From: Paraspadella gotoi
Lineage: Eukaryota; Animalia; Chaetognatha
NCBI GenBank assembly: GCA_051294375.1
Contig: CM119265.1
Span: 23,652,669-23,716,668, forward strand
DNA: 64,000 nt
Reading direction: 5' to 3'
A program made the translations under genes and the position numbers. Below the pieces are notes generated by a model. It was not told where the DNA came from. It searched no databases and saw only the letters and a list, made by a program, of their open reading frames with translations. Positions 54,411-64,000 of the stretch are shown piece after piece; position 1 is the stretch's first letter; each line of letters opens with the position of its first letter.

Positions 54411-55394
54411 AGTTTTGCGGCGACCAAAAGTCGTTAAGAGAAAGCGAGCGTCTTCGTCACGTTCCTCGACGAGAGAGACGACGGCGCCAACGCTGGTAAT
54501 GAATTTGGGAGAGATGGCACAAAACGGGAGGAGATTGGCACTGGGTGGTTTGAGGCGGAAATGTGTAAGTAAGGGGAAGAATGATTAATTGGATAGAAGG
54601 TAAGGAGGATATCTGTGTCAGTAGCGACGGTAAGGTGCAGCGGCGGCGTCCTTGAGATCGGAAGGCGTCAGGAAGAATCCCCTGATGATGGGCGGATGTT
54701 GAGGGAGTCGGAGAGAAAGGAGAGGAAGAAAGTGAAGAGAAAGAAGAAGGAAGAAGGAGGAATAGAGAAAAAAGAGGAGAGATGAATAAGATGAAGAAAG
54801 AGAAGAAGTGAAACTAGGGAACAAGAAGAGAAGAAGAAAAAGAAAGATATGGCATTAGATTAAATAGAGAAGAGTCAGAGGATCGGAAACAAAAAGGAAA
54901 GAGCGAGGGAGAAACTCCAAGCTTTAGAATGAAGAACGGCTGGAGCTAAAAAAGAATAAAAACTGGGAGCAAGAAGAGAGGAGCTTAGGAGATCGGGAGG
55001 CCATAGCGCGACTCTTTGTGAAAAATTTAAATGAGTTGGAGAAGACCGTTATCATTGCATGAAAGATGGGGGAGATAGAAAGAGGGAATACGGCGGGAGG
55101 GAAGAGAGAGGGAGGAAGGAAGGGGAGAGGAAGTGAGGCGGAGGAGGAGGGAAATGAAAGGAAGGAGGGGGGAAGGGAAGGGGGAAGGGGGATGTGGAGA
55201 GCGAGAGAGGAAGGGAAAGAAAAGGAAAAAGGAAATAGGAAACAGGAAAAGGGAAAAGAAAAGGAAAGGGAAGAAAAGGAAAAGGAAAGGGGAAGAAAGG
55301 ATGAAGGCAAGCGAAGAGCAGGGGGGAAGACAAAGAGATAAAATATAAAGAAGGAAAAGGAAGTCGCAAGTCGTTATGAAGAAGGAAAGGGGAA

Positions 55395-55575
55395 GAAGAA
55401 AGTTAAGAAAAGTGTGAAAAGGGGAAAAGGAAAGTGATGAAATGTGTGAAAGGGGGGAAAAAGGAAAGTTAAGGAAAAGTATGAAAGGGGGGAGAGGAAA
55501 GTTAAGGAAAGTGTGGAAAAGGGGGAAAAAAGTAAAGTTAAGGAAAGTGTGGAAAAGGGGGAAAAAGGAAAGTTC
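55395..55575. repeat. ~34-bp purine minisatellite at the centre of the inverted repeat
   Basis: ggaaagttaaggaaagtgtggaaaagggggaaaaa repeated about 5 times. Confidence 0.8.
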
Positions 55576-57309
55576 CAGGAAAATTGTGATTTCCTTTTTC
55601 CCCTTTTCACACTTTTCTTAACTTTCCTTCTTCCCCTTTCCTTTTCTAACGACTTGCGACTTTCCTTTCCTCTTTATATTTTATCTCTTTGTCTCCCCTC
55701 CTGCTCTTCGCTTCCCTTCATCCTTTCTTCCCCTTTCCCTTTCCTTTTCTTTCCCTTTCCTTTTCTTTTCCCTTTCCTTTTCCTTCCTTTTCCTTTTCTT
55801 TTCCCTTCCTCTCTCGCTCTCCACATCCCCCCCTCCTCCTCCTCCTTTCATTTCCCTCCTCCTCCCTCACTTCCTCTCCCCTCCTTCCTCCCCTCTCTCT
55901 CCCTCCCGCTATTCCCTCTTTCTCTTCCCCCATCTTTCATGCAATGATAACGGTCTTCTCCAACTCATTAAATTCTCACAAGGAGTCGCGCTATGGCCTC
56001 CCGATCTCCTAGCTCCTCTCTTCTGCTCCAGTTTTATTCTTTTTAGCTCCAGCCTTCTTCATTCTAAAGCTTTAGAGTTTCTCCCTTCGCTCTTTCCTTT
56101 TGTTCCGATCCTCTGCTCTTCTCTTTAATTATTTATCTTTCTTTTTCTTCTTCTTTCTTGTTCCCTAGTTCACCTTCTTGCTTTTACTTTTTCTCTTTCT
56201 TCATCTTCTTCATCTTCTCCTCTTTTTTCTCTATTCCTCCTTCTCCTTCTTCTTTCTCTTCACTCTCTTCCTCTCCTTCTCTCCGACTCCCTCAACATCC
56301 GCCCATCATCCGGGGATTCTCCTGACGCCTTCCGATCTCAAGGACGCCGCCGCTGCACCTTACCGTCGCTACTGACACAGATATCACTCCTTACCTTCTC
56401 CAATAATCTTTCTTCCCCTTCCTTACCATTTCCGCCTCACCACCCAGTGCCATCTCCTCCCGTTTTGTGCCATCTCCTCCAATTTACGTCGTTGCCGCCG
56501 TCGTCTCTCTCGTCGAGGCGTGACGAAGACGCTCGCTTTCTCTTAACGACTTTGGTCGCCGCAAAACTGCGGTTCCCTTGACGCGCATTACCACTACTAG
56601 CACAACTGTTGATTCTTTTGCCACTCCTGTCATTCCGTGACGCGCATTACCACTACTAGCGCAACTGTTAATTCTTTTGCCANNNNNNNNNNACAACTGT
56701 TGATTTCTTTTCCACTCAAGTCATTCCCTGACGCGCATTACCACTACTAGCACAACTGTTAATTTCTTTGCCCCTTCTGTCATTCCCTCGACATTCACTA
56801 TCACTACCATTTTTCCTTCGCTTTCTTTACCAATTTAGTGGCATCGATTATGTTGCCGTTCCATTCCCTTTGCTCTCAATACCACTTTTGCTTTCGTTGC
56901 CCTTCCTGCCATCCGCTGAGCATTAACTACCACAACAACGAGCAGTACTGCGTCATCATTTTGTTCTTTCCCTGGTCGATCATTTCCTCTGCTTTAACAA
57001 CATTATTGCCACCCCTGCCTTTTTAATATTACCAAGTTGCCAGAGCGCGGCGATTTCAACACCCTTCATCAACTTTTATCCTCTAAACAAGTTTCTTTTA
57101 TTTTACTATTAATCCCTCCTAACCATCTCCACCAAAGAGATACGTTGTAACCAAACCAAATATTTTTTTCGTTCACTCTAAAATTAACACTTCTAGCCAA
57201 ACGTCAGGTGCACGACGGCCGTTTTCCAGCCTCAGCGGTTCCCACGTTTTCCCAACTCTTTTTAAAATGTAATCTCTCATTCTCTCTCTCTCTCTCTCTC
57301 TTCTCTCTC

Positions 57310-57362
<53 letters not shown>

Positions 57363-57974
57363 GTGAAATCGGTTTCAAAGGTGGCTCGAATACCAGATGA
57401 GAAGAAAAACAAAAAATCCCTTCCGGTTTTTCTTTTTCTTTTTTTTTTCCTCTTTTCATTTTTCAAGTTTCGACGATCGTTTTTTTTTTTTCCTTTTTTT
57501 TCCAAAAAGAAAAAAAAACTGACTTGGCTTTCAACGCCGCTACATCGCAGACGGTTTCGCCATCTGGAGTGCCAAATGAAATTGCCAACTACTTTGGCTT
57601 CCGTCTGTACATTTGCGCGTCGATGTTCTCATCTCACGTTCGCACGCATCAACTACTGTAACACGCGAATCGCGTGCGAACACACGTTAGAATATTCTTA
57701 AGATTCGAAAAAAACTTAACCCGACCTTTTCTCCCGACTCTGATTGACCCTTTTGCTTGACCCTTTTCTTGACCCTATTCCTCTTCCAATCAGCGATCGT
57801 CCGTGACCATCTCCCCCCCAAAAAAAACTGACTTCGTTTTCACGATCGAAGACGATGGACTCACCCTGTGAGGAGACTCTGTGACATTTTCACAAAAATT
57901 TTCGCCCATCTTGATTAGGTTCACGTAGTCCGCATATCCTTTATTGCGTTCAATCTCGATTTGTCATTTGCAAC

Positions 57975-58016
<42 letters not shown>

Positions 58017-58021
58017 CTCTC

Positions 58022-58066
<45 letters not shown>

Positions 58067-58320
58067 TCTCTCTCTCCATTCTCATGTCATCATTTTTCTC
58101 TCTCCTACCTGATCCTCCAATGACCGTAATATTAAACCAAAACTCCGCCAAACGCGACCTTGAAAAAAAAAAAGAAAAAAAAAAAAAAAGAAGCTGTCCC
58201 CCGCGAATTTGGATGAAAACATTTTCAAAACATCGATCGCTCTTCGCTCCTCCCCTGCTCCTCCCATGCTCCCATGCTCCCTCTCTTCGCTCCTCCCCTG
58301 CTCCCGCCCCGACCTCATGA

Positions 58321-58650
58321 TAATATTAAAATTATCCATTCATTTTATAAACAAGTTACATTGCCACTGACTTTGAACAGGCTAGGTTGGGTTAAGTCTT
58401 TTATCCCTACAAGCTTTCAATCAAGACTCTCTCTCACGCTCCAGTTTGTTAAGTCATAGATTAAGGGGCCTCCTTATCAGTGAAGTGGTATCATATTTTT
58501 ACAGTCCTTTTCCTCCCAAGATGATACAACCCAATTCGATGCTTTGATGCTCCTCTCCTCTCCCTACTCATCTGTCACTCCCCGCAGCCAATGTTAACAA
58601 TGTAATTAGCATCCTAATGTTCCTATACAATGCCATCTCTCCACTGCCCC
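58321..58650 (-). mobile_element. Dispersed repeat family X, copy 4 (with possible longer 5' extension)
   Basis: The reverse complement reads gagagagtcttgattgaaagcttgtaggga...gcctgttcaaagtcagtggcaa...aaatgaatggataattttaatatt. Homology is clear for 58321-58440; the extension to the gap is inferred. Confidence 0.55.
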
Positions 58651-59630
58651 NNNNNNNNNNNNNNNNNNNNNNNNNNNNNNNNNNNNNNNNNNNNNNNNNN
58701 NNNNNNNNNNNNNNNNNNNNNNNNNNNNNNNNNNNNNNNNNNNNNNNNNNNNNNNNNNNNNNNNNNNNNNNNNNNNNNNNNNNNNNNNNNNNNNNNNNNN
58801 NNNNNNNNNNNNNNNNNNNNNNNNNNNNNNNNNNNNNNNNNNNNNNNNNNNNNNNNNNNNNNNNNNNNNNNNNNNNNNNNNNNNNNNNNNNNNNNNNNNN
58901 NNNNNNNNNNNNNNNNNNNNNNNNNNNNNNNNNNNNNNNNNNNNNNCAAAAAAAAAAAAATCAATTCCTTTTTTCCTAAAATTGTGGTTTTTTTTTTCTT
59001 TTTATTTTTTTTTCTCAAAAATCGTTTTTCCCCAATCCTCGCAGAGTATTGACTCGCTCTCCATCTCGTCAGCGACCGAGAGAGAGAGAGAGAGAGTGAG
59101 AAAAAAAAATCTGTGACAACGAGATTCAAAAAATGCCATCCATCGGAGGACGTTAAACGCCATTTATCTTAAAAATGCCATCGTTTCGCGGACATTGAAC
59201 TCTCTCGTTGGCCGAAGATGCCGGGAGAATCGACCTCCGTCGTCATGGAAACCGTGAAGCAATCGGCGTACGATTCTGCGCCCGTCGCCATTGCGACCAG
59301 CCTCGTTTTCGACCCGAACTCTTCCAAAGTGGAAACGAGGCTAAAGAAAACAAAATGCGAATCGATGAGCGATCGTCAAAACCAAAGTTTGGAGAAACGG
59401 GACGAAAATAACAGGTCGACGAAGTTATTTCAATTAAATTACATAGTAAAGTATATATAGATAAAAAAATAAACTCGTTTTTTCGTAAATATAATTTGTT
59501 TTTTTAAAGTGAACATTGTGAACAATGAACAACAAACTAAATAGGATTCCGCGACAGCGGCGGTGCTTTTAGTGCCTCGAACCAAATTATAATTAAACCC
59601 GTAAAGTTGATGCCGTAAAGTTTAAATCTT

Positions 59631-59686
59631 ATGCCGTTAATGCCGTTAATGCCGTTAATGCCGTTAATGCCGTTAATGCCGTTAAT
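59631..59686. repeat. 9-bp tandem repeat (atgccgtta)n
   Basis: Six consecutive units. Confidence 0.95.
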
Positions 59687-60429
59687 TCCGAAACCGCGCA
59701 GATCCGAGAAGGAGGAGGAGGAAGACCAAGACGAGGAAGAAGACGAAGAAAACAAAAGTAAGGAGGAAAGGGAGGAAAGGAAAGGAAGGGAAAGGAAGTA
59801 AAAGAAGAAGGGATGAGGAAAGGGAGGAAAGGANNNNNNNNNNNNNNNNNNNNNNNNNNNNNNNNNNNNNNNNNNNNNNNNNNNNNNNNNNNNNNNNNNN
59901 NNNNNNNNNNNNNNNNNNNNNNNNNNNNNNNNNNNNNNNNNNNNNNNNNNNNNNNNNNNNNNNNNNNNNNNNNNNNNNNNNNNNNNNNNNNNNNNNNNNA
60001 AAGGAAAGAAAGTAGGGAGGGCGGCGGAAAGGGAGGAAAAGAAAAGAAGGAAAATGAGAGTATAAAATGGCAAAATGGGTAAAATACTACGGTGGTAAAA
60101 ATTATAAATTCAACTTTATTTAAAATTCTCTAAGTGAGTAATTAATAACATTTTAGTAATGAACATTACTTTATAAAATAATTTTATAATTTTTTCCCAT
60201 TAATTTAGGCGCGAAAGGGAAAGGGAAAAAGAATGGAAAATACGCAAAGGGAAAAGAAAAAAAGAGTGGAAAATACGCAAAGGGAAAAGAAAAAAAGAGT
60301 GGAAAAGGCGCGAAGGGGAAAGGGTGAGCGAAAAGAAAAAAGGGGAATAAAAGGAACTTCCATTGTGTCGAGACATTATACGAAACTCTATCCATGAAAG
60401 AAAGTTGCCGGGGGAGCAAGAGGAGGAGG

Positions 60430-60985
60430 AGGAGGAAGATGAGGAGAGGAAGAAAATTCCAAGGTTGAGCGAAGGTTGAGGGAAAGCTTAGACAAGAGCT
60501 GGTAAGGTCGTCCCGAGTTATGAATGGGTAAGGAAGCGAAAGAGACTGGGGATGGAATCGTAAAAGTTGGAGCCGAGATGTGAGTGAAGCCGTGGGGTGA
60601 GGGAGTGGAAACTGGGTGTAGGTGAATAAGGGTGCCGGAGCGAGGTCGTGGCAAGCGACCTGTAGTACTAGAGTTCTTAGGAGATAATTCGAGAATATAG
60701 GCTATGATATAGGGTGTTTGTAGCGGGTTAGTATGAGTGCTGGAGTCGACGAGCTTGAGTGAGGGAGTCGTTTTATTGGGCGCAGTCGTAGTGGATTTTT
60801 CGACTTTGGACGAATCATCTGATAAAATACGATATTTTATTATTTTTAAGCTATAATATTTTTTCAGACTTTGAGTGGATAAGATTGGTGAGCGGAGAGA
60901 AGAGAAAAGAGAAAGGGTTTTAGTCTTGGAGTGACTGGAGTGTTAAGCTTAGGAATTCCACTGACAAAGATGCAATACGAAAATC
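60430..60985 (-). mobile_element. Degraded CR1/L2-group LINE ORF2 C-terminal fragment
   Basis: Across shifting minus frames: LKLVDSSTHTNPLQ, YY/GR, HPQSLSLP, SFPSTFAQPWNFLPLLIF. These are in the order I recall for CR1-group C-termini (IRLI.S..LT..LQ, YY.GRC, HP..V.IP, SFFP....WN.LP..F). Recognised from memory only. Confidence 0.4.
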
Positions 60986-61154
60986 GATAATCATTGGATG
61001 GATAGAAGGTTGATGATGGAGAGAAGTAGAGGATAGAAGGAAAGAAAGGGGCAGGAGGTCGGGGGGATAGAAAGATAACGAACGACATGAGAGAAAAAAA
61101 GGAAAACGAATAAGGGCAGAACCATGGAAGGATAGAAGAATGAGGGTAGATTAA

Positions 61155-61316
61155 AGGAGAGAAGGAAAAGGATAGAAGAATAAAGATTGACAGATGGGAT
61201 AGAAGAATTAAAAAGGATAGAAAAAGGAGAAAAGGACAGAAGTATAAAGATTGACAGATGGGATAGAAGAATTAAAAAGGACAGAAAAAGGAGAAAAGGA
61301 TAGAAGAATAAAGATT
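61155..61316. repeat. ~63-bp purine-rich tandem repeat, ~2.5 copies
   Basis: aaaaggatagaagaataaagattgacagatgggatagaagaattaaaaaggatagaaaaaggag is repeated. Confidence 0.85.
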
Positions 61317-63939
61317 CATTGAATGAATGAAAAAGATAGTAGAAAATTAATTTAGATAGACGAATGACAACAGAGAAGAAAAAAAATGAAACAAATAGAT
61401 TCTTATTGTGGTTAGATTAAAGAAGAGCAAAAGAGAAAAGCATAAAGAGATGAATAAGAAATAAAATATAGAAAAAAAGCGAGTATTGAATGATAAAGGA
61501 AAAAACAGGAGACGAAAGTAGTGAAGGGAAAAANNNNNNNNNNNNNNNNNNNNNNNNNNNNNNNNNNNNNNNNNNNNNNNNNNNNNNNNNNNNNNNNNNN
61601 NNNNNNNNNNNNNNNNNNNNNNNNNNNNNNNNNNNNNNNNNNNNNNNNNNNNNNNNNNNNNNNNNNNNNNNNNNNNNNNNNNNNNNNNNNNNNNNNNNNN
61701 NNNNNNNNNNNNNNNNNNNNNNNNNNNNNNGACAGTCACTTGAGAATTTAATCAATATAATCCCCGGGAAGAGAGAAAAAAATGCTACGCAGAGTTACAA
61801 CCATTGGACATTCGTGTTTTCGTTAGTGATTGCGGAAAAGTTAGTACAGTCGTCGTCGTCGTCGTCGTCGTCGTCGCAGCTGACGCTCAGCCTCTTCCTT
61901 CCACAAGCAAAGCCGTTAATTTCTTGACGAGTTTATCTCTTCTTTTTCTCCTCCTCCTCCTCCTCCTCTTCAACCGCCCCAACCCCTTTCTCTCCAAACC
62001 TTACCTTTATTCTGTCTTCCTCACTCATTCTTCGACTTTACTTAACTTTTTACTTTTTACTTTACTCTTTGCTCTTATTCCCCGCCCCACTATCAACACT
62101 ATGTCGCTCTCTATTCCTCGCCCTCCCATTCATCTCCTATTCTTCCTTTGCTCCTATATCCTGCCTCCACAATTCCTCACCTTTCGCGCCTATTTCCCGC
62201 CCCACATCACTCATTCGTCCTATATTCCGCCCCACATTCCCACTTTCTGCTCACCTTATCCATGGCCCCACATCCCACTCTTCGCTCCTATTTCCCTGGC
62301 CCCTCACTATCCCCACTATTCGCTTCCTAATTTCCTGCCCCCCACAATCCCACTCTTCGTCTCCTTTTTTCCACCCCACATTCCCATTCGCTTCCTATTT
62401 CCGCCTCCTCTTTCACAGCCCACTCTCGCGTCCTTTTCTCGCCCCCACATTCGTCTATTCGCTCCAATTTCCCGCTCCTCCCTTCACCCTCTCTTCCTCC
62501 CCAGCTCCAGAGTCCTACGCTCGGCTGCTCTCGTTTCTCCAAATTCTCATGAACGTTTTGTGTCTCGCGTTCCTCGCGATTCTTTTCCTCATTTCCTGGA
62601 AATTGACGTCGGCGTGACGTCCACGGGAGGCGCTGGGATCGGCGTTGGAACTGAGTCATAACCGGCGTCAAACTCAACCGGGGTCATCTCAACCGGCGTC
62701 ATCCCGACCGGCGTGGTACTGACCCATAATTCCACACACAAAAACTTGACGTCGCGCAAAACCAGCGCCGAATCTTGAATGGACGCCGTCACGTTCCCCT
62801 TTCCACTCCCTCCCCCCTTTTTCCCAAATGACCAAACTCGTCAAGAAATCGGAGAAACGAGGGAAAAAAGCGGCGAAACTCCATCGCGCTTTCTGGGTCT
62901 GTCTGTCCCGCGAAAAGAATGACTCATTTTACGTTACGACACGCCGTCGCAGCGGCCGCGTCCCGTCGCAGCGGCCGCGTCCCGTCGCTGCGTCGCCGCG
63001 GAACGATTTTCAAATAATAAAAAGAAAACATCAGCAGCGCCGGCTCGATCGCGAGGGAAACCGCAAACGGTTGAGCAAGATGGCGCCGCTTTTTTGTCGT
63101 CCCTCGGCGTGGCGTAACGGCGTCGTTGGTCGGCGCCAGAAAAAGAGAGAGAGAGAGAGACAGAGTGTGATTGGCGCCGCCGACGGAACCAAATCGTCTC
63201 TTGAAATAATTTTTAGTGCGAGTTTTGTTACTTTAAGCGAAAAAAAAAATCGAAAGAAATACTGCAAATTATTTAGAAAAGTAATAAATAAATAAAAAAA
63301 TAACTTGAAAAAGTCGATAAAGCTCAAAACTTCTTTTTTTTTTTTTGGGTGTCTCTTTCCATTCCTTTTTGGCTTCTATCATCTTTGTGAGTTGGGAATA
63401 AACTTCAAATAGTCAAACTTTCTTCTTCCTATTTTTTTCGTCATCGTCATCGTCGTTTTTTTTCGTCGTTGTCGTCGTCGTCGTCCTCTTCGTCTTCCTC
63501 CTTTTCTTCCCTTTCCCCCCTCAACCCCGCGACTGGAAACGAGGCTATCGAATTCGTCTAAATATAGAATGACTCGGGGTAGAGGAGGAGGAGGAGGAGG
63601 AGGAGGAGGAGGGGGGAACCTCATAAAAAATTCACAAATTTGGCTCGATCGCTCTAATTCTCTTCCTTCTCCTCCCCCCCATCGCTCTCGACCCCCCCCC
63701 CTCACTCCGTCTCCAGTTCATTCATCGTCGATTAAGTCGAGCAACGACGTCACTTTGTTCAATGTTTAATCACCGAGTTTTACATAATAAATCTCTGGCG
63801 CTCAACTTAAATTTAACGATAAATCGTTGACTTATTAAATATCAAGGACTTCGACGTTCGACGTTCGACGGAGGCCGAATTAAGACAATTGGAATAACTC
63901 GTAAAACATCGGAAAGCAACAAGGGAACGAGTGCTGGAA

Positions 63940-63979
<40 letters not shown>

Positions 63980-64000
63980 AGAGAGAGAGAGATGAGAGAG

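Larger units (their letters stand above)
52343..58317. repeat. Large inverted repeat: arms 52343-55432 and 55591-58317, spacer ~160 bp
   Basis: The arms are reverse complements; identical ORF translations appear at 52512-52742(+) and 57921-58151(-). The left arm starts at an N gap and carries excess insertions. Confidence 0.93.

Overview
Eukaryotic, most likely invertebrate-animal, genomic DNA from a draft assembly. It has many N gaps, abundant (AG)n/(GAC)n/(CCG)n microsatellites and no obvious CpG depletion; there are no prokaryotic features. Almost every ORF in the supplied track is a low-complexity artefact. The only well-supported coding signal is two phase-compatible + strand exons (574-668 and 3227-3643) of a protein I do not recognise, which ends in an acidic dileucine motif; a frameshifted second copy of the last exon lies near 8.2-8.65 kb. 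The rest is non-coding: minisatellites, an ~18-bp satellite array, retroposon and DINE-1/Helentron-like remnants, and CpG-rich islands with transcription-factor-like motifs. Four large near-identical duplications (three direct, one ~3-kb inverted) differ mainly by scattered indels and are probably long-read or gap-filling artefacts. I found no convincing novel biological system. The best leads are the satellite array bracketed by inverted HINE-like motifs, the unrecognised protein, a four-copy 3'-anchored repeat family, and X-box/E-box motif clusters. All alignments were made by eye and boundaries are approximate.
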